From: an uncultured bacterium
GTDB lineage: Bacteria > Oederibacteriota > Oederibacteriia > Oederibacteriales > Oederibacteriaceae
Reading direction: 5' to 3'
Length of the DNA: 64,000 bases
Assembly: GCA_965112635.1 (NCBI GenBank)
Contig: OZ218778.1
Coordinates: forward strand, 2,144,001-2,208,000
Numbering within the stretch: position 1 is the first letter of the stretch; each line of letters opens with the position of its first letter. Shown piece by piece: positions 28,661-36,976 of the stretch. A program made the position numbers and the translations under genes. Below the pieces are notes generated by a model. The model saw nothing but the letters and a program-made list of their open reading frames with translations. It was not told the origin of the DNA and did not search any database.

Positions 28661-29370
28661 AATTGGCGAAACCAAGAACTCTTGTTGTTCTTCCTACCTA
28701 TAACGAAAAGGAAAATATTCAGGAAATGGCCAAGCAAATCAATGCCCTTGGCCAGGGTTTGGATATTTTGATAGTTGATGATAATTCCCCAGATGGAACC
28801 GGAGCTTTAGCGGATCGTCTTGCTAAAAAACATAAATTTGTCCATGTGCTACACCGGCCTGCTAAGCTTGGTTTGGGACAGGCCTACATTGCTGGATTCA
28901 AGTATGCCCTTTCAAAGAAATATGACTACATCATGGAAATGGATGCGGATTTCTCTCATGATCCCAAATATATTTTGCAATTTTTGTCTTCAATGAAGAA
29001 TTATGATTTAGTCATAGGATCACGATATGTTAATGGAATAAGCGTAGTTAATTGGTCGTTGTGGAGATTGCTATTGAGTATTTGTGGTGGGTTTTACGCC
29101 AAAATAATAACGGGGGTGCCCTTAACAGATCTAACTGGGGGATTTAAGTGTTTCAGAAGGAGAGTACTAGAAAATATTAATTTAGATGCGGTTTGTTCTG
29201 ACGGATATGCTTTTCAGATTGAAATGAATTATAGAGCATATAAATTGCAATATAAAATCAAAGAAATACCTATAATTTTTGTGGATCGCCGACAAGGAAT
29301 GTCAAAAATGTCTAAAAAAATCGTAGCCGAAGCTATTTTTACTCCTTGGAAATTAAGATTTGGCTGGTAA
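28657..29370 (+). CDS. Polyprenol-phosphate mannose synthase-like GT2 (Ppm1/DPM1 type)
   Basis: PTYNEKENI, VDDNSPDGTG, KLGLG, EMDADFSHDP, GSRY, DLTGGFKCFRR, GYAFQIE, SKMS. Confidence 0.9.
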   Translation: MKLAKPRTLVVLPTYNEKENIQEMAKQINALGQGLDILIVDDNSPDGTGALADRLAKKHKFVHVLHRPAKLGLGQAYIAGFKYALSKKYDYIMEMDADFSHDPKYILQFLSSMKNYDLVIGSRYVNGISVVNWSLWRLLLSICGGFYAKIITGVPLTDLTGGFKCFRRRVLENINLDAVCSDGYAFQIEMNYRAYKLQYKIKEIPIIFVDRRQGMSKMSKKIVAEAIFTPWKLRFGW

Positions 29371-29380
29371 GGGGAATTCT

Positions 29381-30238
29381 ATGGGGTTGTTCGAGAAAGT
29401 CGATCGTTGTGCTGTGTGTGGTTCAGAAAAATATAGGCCACTTTTTACGACAAAAAAGATCGTCCATGTAGTTAAATGTCTTGGTTGCGGTTTGAATTAT
29501 GCCAATCCACGTATAGTCCAGAATGAATTTCAAAAGATGTACCAGACAAAGGGATATTATGATACCTATATCATTAAAGAAGAGATTTTGGATAGAAGAT
29601 TGTTTCTAAGACGTCTGACGGCAATAGAACAATATAAAAAAACAGGAAGAATATTAGATATTGGTTGTGCTACCGGGTTCTTTTTGGATGGTGCTAAGTC
29701 AAGGGGTTGGGAGACTTGGGGAGTAGAAATTTCTAAATTTGCTTCGGAATATGCCAGAAAAAACTTTGGTTTAGATGTTTTTACAGGAACTTTGCGTGAG
29801 GCAAAATTTCACGGTGATTTATTTGATGTCATAGTAATGGATGATGTCATTGAACATGTCCCTTTCCCAATTACAGAGCTAGAGGAGGTATATAGGATAC
29901 TTAAGCCCAGCGGCATCTTGGCTTTGAATACCCCCAATGCCGGAGGCCTTCTAAGGCGGTTTATGGGGCGCAAGTGGTTTCATTTTAAGGAAGATCATTT
30001 GTTTTTCTTTTCTCACAAAACGATTAAATTAGCCTTGGAGAAGGCAGGTTTCAAGGTATTGGATATCAAACCTAGTGGTAAATTAGTTACTCTCAAAAGA
30101 TTAGTTGTGCGATTGTATCACTATGAAAGAGCAAAGCCGCTTGCAAGACTTCTGGATTGGATTTTTGATGAAGCGTTCTTTATGAAATGGTCTTTTTTTC
30201 TGCATACGGGGGCAATGACGGTTTATGCCACAAAATAA
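29381..30238 (+). CDS. Class I SAM-dependent methyltransferase with N-terminal Cys motifs
   Basis: CAVC and CLGC, ILDIGCATG, DVIEHV, TPN, DHLFFFS. Confidence 0.88.
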   Translation: MGLFEKVDRCAVCGSEKYRPLFTTKKIVHVVKCLGCGLNYANPRIVQNEFQKMYQTKGYYDTYIIKEEILDRRLFLRRLTAIEQYKKTGRILDIGCATGFFLDGAKSRGWETWGVEISKFASEYARKNFGLDVFTGTLREAKFHGDLFDVIVMDDVIEHVPFPITELEEVYRILKPSGILALNTPNAGGLLRRFMGRKWFHFKEDHLFFFSHKTIKLALEKAGFKVLDIKPSGKLVTLKRLVVRLYHYERAKPLARLLDWIFDEAFFMKWSFFLHTGAMTVYATK

Positions 30239-30272
30239 CTTTTTGCAGTAATTTATTGAAAAATAGGGGGCG

Positions 30273-32780
30273 TTGGCATTGAAGGTAAAGGGTCCCGGGA
30301 AAATATTGTTGTGGTGCTTAAGAATCTTCTGGGTAGCCATTACATGTTTAGCCGTTTATTTAAGTGAAATGTCCCTCATGCAGGATGAGACTTTCAAGGC
30401 AATTTTGTATCTTGCTTTTGGGATTTTAGCCATTTTTACCTTTCCCAGGCCCGCATGGTTTACAAATTTCCAGCTATTAAAAAAGCGACACAATGCTTAC
30501 GCGGAAGTAGCCCTCAAGTCTTCCGATAAAAGAAGTATCCGGAAAACTGGAATAAAATCGAGAGTGATTTTATTTTCGGCACTTATAATAGTTATCTGTG
30601 GGCAAGCGCTGTTCACTATAGGTCAATTTTCAACAGGCAGTGGGCTGGAAATTAGCGCTATGGAGTTGAGGTTCTTTTTAGCTGGCCTGATAATTTATTT
30701 AATCGGTGCTTATGGTCTCATACTTCATTTCGACTCATCTGAATCTAAAGATTCAGGGAAGCAATTTAGCTGGGCCAAAGAAGCATTGTGTTTATTTTGT
30801 ATCATTCTTATTGCAGCATTTTTGCGGTACTTCAATTTGAGATTTATTCCCTCCGGAATCTACCTTGATGAGTGTGATTATGCTATTGAGGGGATAAAAA
30901 TACTCACTATCCCAGATTACCAGAATTTTATCAAACATCCCTATTGGCCAGGGGGTGGCGCTATCCCTTCCATGCATTTTTATTTCACGGCTCTTTCTTA
31001 CAAAATATTTGGTATTAACGCCTGGTCAATGAGACTTGTGCCTGCAACATTAGGGGTTCTTACTATTCCAGTGATTTATTGTTTTGCCAGATATATATTT
31101 AACGTACCAATAGCTTTAGTTGCAGCTTTTCTTTTAGCGGTGAGCCGGTGGCATATAAATTTTAGCCGCATTAATTTTAGTAGTTTACTTTGGCCCTTCC
31201 TAATTATGTCTACTTTCTATTTTTTCTTTATGGCTCTAGAGAAACAACGGAAATGGCTGGCGGCCCTTGCCGGCCTTTCCATGGGTTTGGCCATGAATAC
31301 CTATCACTCGGCGTATTTATTGCCATTTTTAGTATTTCTTTATGTTGTCTACAAAACTATTAAAAACCCTTTTTTTATAAAAAACAATGTTTTGGTTTTG
31401 ATAATCGTTTTTCTATGTTTTATGGCTGCCTATGCTCCTCTGCTAGTCTATACCATAAGAAATCCTGAAACAGTTTTCGAAAGGTTCAAAACCGCATCGG
31501 TTTGGAATGATATTGATAGGGCCGGTGGAAGTTGGAGACCGTTAATAGATAATATCTATCGTGTGTTAACCATGAATAATTTTAAAGGAGATCCGCGGCC
31601 AAGACATAATATTCCGCGTTGGCCGATGTTAGATCCTTTTACGGCGATATTTTTTACTGTAGGATTTTTCTATGCGTTACGAAATATTAAACAAGAAAAA
31701 TATTTATTCTTATTAGTCGTTTACATTGCTAACTTGCAGCCGGGTATCTTTTCTCTTTGGGATGCTGCGCCCCATTCGATCCGGGTTAACGGAACGCTCC
31801 CTGTTGTACTCATTTTTGCTGCTGTTTCTATGTATAAAACTTGGGAATCCCTATTGGAAGCTTTTCCAAAAATTAAAAGGTCCATCTTTATAACCTTTTT
31901 TATTTTGGTGCTGCTCGCCATAGGTTTTTATAATTTTTATATTTACTTTATTGTTCAGGCAAGGAATCACGATGTTTTTTACGATTTTGACCCAATGCAA
32001 AATAGAATGGGTGAGTATATTAAGTCCAAAGAAAATGACTACCATTTTTATTTAGAAACTAATTTTTGTAATTATTCTCAAGTTTGGTTCAATAATTATA
32101 AAGAGAGAAATTACGACCCTTTATATTTAAATTACATTCTGCCCTACGTTAAAGGAAATTCTAAGAACATCGGAGTGATTATGGATCCGTCGAGGTTATC
32201 GCTAAAAGATATTTTCTATTTTTATTATCCCCATATGTCGATTTATGAAGAAAGAGATCCTTGGGGTCAACCTTTATTTATATCTTTTGAAATACCCAAA
32301 GAGGATGTTAATAATATTTTTAAGCAGAAAAGGTATGGCCACGGTTTAACTGCCCTCTATTTCAATAATACTAGTTGGGAGGGTAAGCCAGTTGTTTCGA
32401 GAGTCGATCCTACTGTTTTGTATTCTTGGTATATTTTAGAGGGAAATTTTGAGGGGCCTCGTCCAGATCCAGCGTTGCCTTTAACAGGTGCTTTTAGCGT
32501 TATATGGAAGGGAATCCTGAGCGCCCCCGAATCGGGTTTTTATACATTTGGACTCAAATCGGAACAGGGTTCCGCTTTATATATAGATAACAAGCTAGTT
32601 GTTAATAATTTAGTAAACAATGGATTAGAAAATCTAGAAAATCGTATAGATCTGGTCAGGGGAGCGCATTCTATTCTTATAAAATATTTTACCAAGGGTT
32701 TTGATAAAAGTATCGAAGCTTACTGGCTACCCCCAATGGGTGCGAAAGAAATATTGCCGCCTTCTTTACTAACACCATAG
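30273..32780 (+). CDS. GT39/PMT-like (GT-C) glycosyltransferase with C-terminal PA14 domain
   Basis: LRY..IPSGIYLDE, AVSRWHINFSR, GDPRPRHN; PA14 GLTALYFNN..FSVIWKG..GFYTFG..GSALYID. Confidence 0.85.
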   Translation: MALKVKGPGKILLWCLRIFWVAITCLAVYLSEMSLMQDETFKAILYLAFGILAIFTFPRPAWFTNFQLLKKRHNAYAEVALKSSDKRSIRKTGIKSRVILFSALIIVICGQALFTIGQFSTGSGLEISAMELRFFLAGLIIYLIGAYGLILHFDSSESKDSGKQFSWAKEALCLFCIILIAAFLRYFNLRFIPSGIYLDECDYAIEGIKILTIPDYQNFIKHPYWPGGGAIPSMHFYFTALSYKIFGINAWSMRLVPATLGVLTIPVIYCFARYIFNVPIALVAAFLLAVSRWHINFSRINFSSLLWPFLIMSTFYFFFMALEKQRKWLAALAGLSMGLAMNTYHSAYLLPFLVFLYVVYKTIKNPFFIKNNVLVLIIVFLCFMAAYAPLLVYTIRNPETVFERFKTASVWNDIDRAGGSWRPLIDNIYRVLTMNNFKGDPRPRHNIPRWPMLDPFTAIFFTVGFFYALRNIKQEKYLFLLVVYIANLQPGIFSLWDAAPHSIRVNGTLPVVLIFAAVSMYKTWESLLEAFPKIKRSIFITFFILVLLAIGFYNFYIYFIVQARNHDVFYDFDPMQNRMGEYIKSKENDYHFYLETNFCNYSQVWFNNYKERNYDPLYLNYILPYVKGNSKNIGVIMDPSRLSLKDIFYFYYPHMSIYEERDPWGQPLFISFEIPKEDVNNIFKQKRYGHGLTALYFNNTSWEGKPVVSRVDPTVLYSWYILEGNFEGPRPDPALPLTGAFSVIWKGILSAPESGFYTFGLKSEQGSALYIDNKLVVNNLVNNGLENLENRIDLVRGAHSILIKYFTKGFDKSIEAYWLPPMGAKEILPPSLLTP

Positions 32781-33584
32781 GTGATTGCGTTGAAAAAGCC
32801 AAAAGTTATCGTTGTAATGCCTGCTTATAATGCCGCTAAAACTCTGGAAAAAACTTATAGAGATATTCCAAAAAAAATTGTTGACCATATCATTTTGGTG
32901 GATGATGTAAGCCACGACAAAACTGTAGAAGTTGCAAAAAAATTGGGAATCAAGGTTGTTGTCCATTTACAAAATAAAGGTTATGGCGGGAACCAAAAGA
33001 CCTGTTATTTGGAGGCGTTAAAGTCTGGCGCTGATATTATAGTCATGCTCCATCCCGATTATCAATATGATTCCAGGCTCATACCGGAACTTATCAAGCC
33101 TATCGAGGAGAAACATGCTGACATGGTGTTAGGTTCTAGGATGCTTGGTGAAGGAGCTCTCAACGGCGGCATGCCTCTTTACAAATACATAGCCAACAGG
33201 ATTCTGACTTTTATCGAAAACTTAACCTTCGGGAAGCATTATTCGGAATTACACACAGGTTTCAGGGCGTACAGCAGAACCTTTCTGCAGAAAATCCCAT
33301 TCTTGTTGAACTCAGATAATTTCGTTTTTGATTCTGAGGTCATTGCGCAAGCTGAGGCCTTTAGATTTAAAATCACCGAAATCCCCGTCCCCACAAGATA
33401 TTTTAATGACGCCTCATCGGTTAATTTTAAGAATAGCCTGATCTATGGTTTTTCGACTCTATGGGTTATGGTTCTATTCGTTCTTTTTCGTTTGAGGCTA
33501 ATTCATAATAAGCGGTTTTCTGTGAAATTAGGGGATATCATCAGTAAAGAATATAAAAATAAATATCTAAAAAATAATCGTTAA
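32781..33584 (+). CDS. GT2 family (DPM1-like) glycosyltransferase
   Basis: VVMPAYNA, LVDDVS, GYGGNQKT, HPDYQY, HTGFRAYS, FVFD. Confidence 0.9.
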   Translation: MIALKKPKVIVVMPAYNAAKTLEKTYRDIPKKIVDHIILVDDVSHDKTVEVAKKLGIKVVVHLQNKGYGGNQKTCYLEALKSGADIIVMLHPDYQYDSRLIPELIKPIEEKHADMVLGSRMLGEGALNGGMPLYKYIANRILTFIENLTFGKHYSELHTGFRAYSRTFLQKIPFLLNSDNFVFDSEVIAQAEAFRFKITEIPVPTRYFNDASSVNFKNSLIYGFSTLWVMVLFVLFRLRLIHNKRFSVKLGDIISKEYKNKYLKNNR

Positions 33585-33594
33585 TTCGGATGAC

Positions 33595-33636
33595 GAAAAA
33601 CCCTATGTTACAGGCTATAGGTCTTTTCTTTTTTTA
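33595..33636 (+). terminator. Possible intrinsic terminator
   Basis: GAAAA..CCTAT / ATAGG..TTTTC imperfect stem followed by a T-run. Confidence 0.35.
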
Positions 33637-33676
33637 AGTTTGAAATATATTTTATTTGACTGAAATAAGGAGTTTA

Positions 33677-34657
33677 ATGAGAAAAGCAATGATTGTTTTG
33701 GGGTGGGTTCTCAGCATAGTCTGCCTGTACTTTTTTTTCAGGAATAACCAGCGGACACAAATGATTATGTCCTTCCGCCAGGCCAACTACCTGATGCTAC
33801 CTCTAATAGTGGCTGTGTACTTGTTTGGTTATGTGACCCGGGCTTGGCGTTGGCATTTCCTCATTAAAACAATTAAGAGAGTTCCCTTTAGACGGCTTTT
33901 TTCAGTATTGGTAATTGGTTTCATGGCCAATAATATCCTACCGCTTCGCATGGGTGAGGTGGTTAGGGCATATCTTTTCGGTAAAAGGGAAGAGATTAGC
34001 AAAAGCGCATCCCTTGCCACAATTATGGTAGAGAGGCTATTTGATGGTCTTACCATACTATGTTTTTTTAGTGTAAGTTCGGCCATTTTGTCCGGAGCCG
34101 GTGCGATTGTAAAGCCACTCAAAATTTTGAGCGTACTGGGGATATTTTTATTTCCTATGGGTGTATGCCTGTGTCTACTTTTTTATAGAAACAAGTCACT
34201 GAAATTGGCTGAGAGGTTTCTGGGCGTCCTGCCCCGGGGTTTGGCCCAAAAAATCCATATGTTTCTGGACCGCTTTATAGATGGTTTAGCTGTTCTCAAA
34301 AACCCATTGGACTTGATAGCGGTCGCCTTCCTTTCACTTCTTTCGTGGAGCATTGAGAGCTATGCCTATTATCTGGTTGCTCTAGCGTTTAATGTGCCAA
34401 TAAGCCTTCCCATGGTGTTTCTGCTGATGTCCGTGGTTAACTTAGCGATTTTGGTTCCCTCCACACCCGGTGGGCTAGGTGTGTTTGAAGGCAGTGGGCT
34501 TGCTATTTTAGTCCTATTCTCGGTCCAGGCAGAGCTCGCGCGCTGTTACATACTTGCCGTACACATAGTAGTGCTTGTACCAATCATTCTATTAGGTCTC
34601 TTTTTCCTTGGTCGGTACCATTTATCCGTTAAAGATCTTCAGCAATCACGCGGTTAG
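33677..34657 (+). CDS. Lysylphosphatidylglycerol-synthase TM domain (UPF0104, flippase-like) protein
   Basis: RAWRW, NNILPLRMGEVVRAY, ERLFD, PSTPGGLGVFE; ATG after AAGGAG. Confidence 0.9.
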   Translation: MRKAMIVLGWVLSIVCLYFFFRNNQRTQMIMSFRQANYLMLPLIVAVYLFGYVTRAWRWHFLIKTIKRVPFRRLFSVLVIGFMANNILPLRMGEVVRAYLFGKREEISKSASLATIMVERLFDGLTILCFFSVSSAILSGAGAIVKPLKILSVLGIFLFPMGVCLCLLFYRNKSLKLAERFLGVLPRGLAQKIHMFLDRFIDGLAVLKNPLDLIAVAFLSLLSWSIESYAYYLVALAFNVPISLPMVFLLMSVVNLAILVPSTPGGLGVFEGSGLAILVLFSVQAELARCYILAVHIVVLVPIILLGLFFLGRYHLSVKDLQQSRG

Positions 34658-34665
34658 GGGGATTT

Positions 34666-35964
34666 ATGAGGGTTGTTGTCATTGGGGGTGGAATAGCTGG
34701 CTTAACTGTAGCTTATAAATTGGTCAACAAAGGCGTTGAAGTAGAGCTTTTTGAAAAAGAAGAAATTTTAGGTGGTTTGGCGGCCGGTTTTCCAACATCA
34801 GGAACCTATTTAGAATATTTTTACCATCATATCTTTACTACGGATTCATATTATATTGAGTTGCTTAGGGAATTGGGCCTTGAAAATCATCTAATGTGGT
34901 TACATCCAAAAATGGGAATGTTTCATGATGGCCAAGTTTATGATTTTGGAACGCCATTTGATCTTCTCAAATTTAAGCCCCTAAATTTTATTGATCAAAT
35001 AAGGTTTGGTTTAACAGTTATTTACCTACAAAAATTGAAAAATTGGAAAAAGTTTGAGCAGATCACCGCTGCTTTTTGGCTTAAGAAATATACAGGACCA
35101 AATGTTTATAGAATAATCTGGGAGCCGCTTTTAAAAGCGAAGTTCGGCGATCAATTTAACAAAATATCCATGGCTTGGTTTTGGGCGCGTTTGGCTACAA
35201 GGGCGCGCAGCCGTAGGAACGGGCGGGAAACCCTCGGTTATGTACTAGGTGGTTTCATGGCCATGGTGAATAAGCTTGAAGAGGAGATCGTTAAAAAGGG
35301 TGGAAAAATCCACAAAAAGACGGGCACCGAGAAGATTGTTATAAGAAACAACCGCACGGTAGGTATCTTGGCTGAAGGGCAGGAGGTTAAGTCCGACCTA
35401 GTAGTATGTACTTTGGCTCCATCCCTATTATTTAAGCTTTTGCCCGATGCTCCACAAGATTTTAAGAAAAATTATTCACAAATTGATTATTTGGGAGCAC
35501 TGTGCCTTGTGCTGCAGCTTCAAGAAAGCCTAACGCCGATCTATTGGCTGAATATCAGTGACTCAACAGTGCCTATGACCAGCATCGTGGAGCATACAAA
35601 CCTGATAGACAGGAAATATTATCAAGGCAATGTGTATATGTATCTGGGCAACTATTTGTCCCAGAAACATCGATATTTTTCAATGAGTGCCGACCAGTTA
35701 CTTGTAGAATATGAGCCTCATTTGAAAAGGATATTTCCAAAATATGAGCGATTTTTAGTTAAGGAAAAATGGTTATTCAAGGATTTGTTTGCGCAGCCAG
35801 TCATGGAAATAGGTTATAGCAAGAAAATTCCTCCTCTGGTCACATCCATACCTAATCTCTATCACATAAGTATGGCCCAGGTTTATCCTGAAGACCGGGG
35901 AACGAACTTTTCAATAAAACTTGCAATAACCCTGGTTGAAGAGATTATCAGAAAAGTTATTTAA
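34666..35964 (+). CDS. FAD-dependent oxidoreductase (COG1232/HemY-like fold, glycosylation-associated)
   Basis: VIGGGIAGL Rossmann motif, GGLA, YFYHHIF, YWLNISD, EHTN, YPEDRGTN. Confidence 0.85.
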   Translation: MRVVVIGGGIAGLTVAYKLVNKGVEVELFEKEEILGGLAAGFPTSGTYLEYFYHHIFTTDSYYIELLRELGLENHLMWLHPKMGMFHDGQVYDFGTPFDLLKFKPLNFIDQIRFGLTVIYLQKLKNWKKFEQITAAFWLKKYTGPNVYRIIWEPLLKAKFGDQFNKISMAWFWARLATRARSRRNGRETLGYVLGGFMAMVNKLEEEIVKKGGKIHKKTGTEKIVIRNNRTVGILAEGQEVKSDLVVCTLAPSLLFKLLPDAPQDFKKNYSQIDYLGALCLVLQLQESLTPIYWLNISDSTVPMTSIVEHTNLIDRKYYQGNVYMYLGNYLSQKHRYFSMSADQLLVEYEPHLKRIFPKYERFLVKEKWLFKDLFAQPVMEIGYSKKIPPLVTSIPNLYHISMAQVYPEDRGTNFSIKLAITLVEEIIRKVI

Positions 35965-36019
35965 GATTGATGGTGTTGGTATTGCGTGTCATAGAATATG
36001 AGAAGGGGCTATTGATCTA

Positions 36020-36967
36020 TTGAATTCAAACAAAAAAAAATTGTTGAACACATATATTTTACCAGTGTTAATTTATTTTATTTTGACCACGATATTTGTG
36101 GAGTCTCTTTTAGTTGCAAAGACAATTCTGGGAGAATCTGAGGATTTTACTGAAATACAGCATCTTTCTGCGAGTTCAATGGATTTGGAAATATTAAGGC
36201 AGAAAATTGCTGATTTTACCGCTAATTATCCAGATAGCTCTCATTCCATTGAGATATCGAGTTATAAGACTGCGTTGTTATTAAAGAATACCAAATCCCC
36301 TGATGACAAAAGGGATATTTTGGATCAATTTGCCAACCTTGTTGGTAAGACCTGCGAAATCTCTCCTAATTTATCTGGTTTATGTGATGTTTGCGAGTGG
36401 CTTTTTAGCGAACAGGGCAAGCTAGGTGAATTAAGTAGAATGGCGCAGACCGTATCTTATTTAAAGTCTATCCTAAGAAAGACCCAACGGCCTGAGAATA
36501 AATATGCTGATATGTTTTATGCTGCCCAAATTGCAGAGAACGGGGCAAAAGCTTTTAGTGTTCAGGGACTTCGCCACGAGGAATTGGGTCTGAGAAGTTT
36601 AAAAGGGAAATTATTACTAGTTAATTTTTGGGCTACATGGTGTCGTGGTTGCCAAAAATCAATAGCTGATACTAAGAAATTGTATAAGAAGTATCATGAG
36701 GAAGGTTTGGAAATAATAGGGGTTAGCGCTGACACTATGCCTACAGAACAGTTCGGGCAGTGGATCAAAAATTGCCATGTTACTTGGCCACAGTTTTACG
36801 ACGAGAATGGCTGGAAGAATAAATTGTTTGTTTTGTATGACATCAATAACGTGCCCTCTACTCTTTTATTTAATCGTAGTGGAAAATTGGCTGGGATTTT
36901 CTTGGAAGGACAGGACTTGGATAATAGAATCTCTGATTTAATCCGACGCAAAACCGAAGGTGAGTAA
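36020..36967 (+). CDS. TlpA-family thiol-disulfide oxidoreductase with N-terminal anchor
   Basis: LKGKLLLVNFWATWCRGC, cis-Pro loop NVPST; start uncertain. Confidence 0.85.
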   Translation: MNSNKKKLLNTYILPVLIYFILTTIFVESLLVAKTILGESEDFTEIQHLSASSMDLEILRQKIADFTANYPDSSHSIEISSYKTALLLKNTKSPDDKRDILDQFANLVGKTCEISPNLSGLCDVCEWLFSEQGKLGELSRMAQTVSYLKSILRKTQRPENKYADMFYAAQIAENGAKAFSVQGLRHEELGLRSLKGKLLLVNFWATWCRGCQKSIADTKKLYKKYHEEGLEIIGVSADTMPTEQFGQWIKNCHVTWPQFYDENGWKNKLFVLYDINNVPSTLLFNRSGKLAGIFLEGQDLDNRISDLIRRKTEGE

Positions 36968-36976
36968 TTTTGCCAG

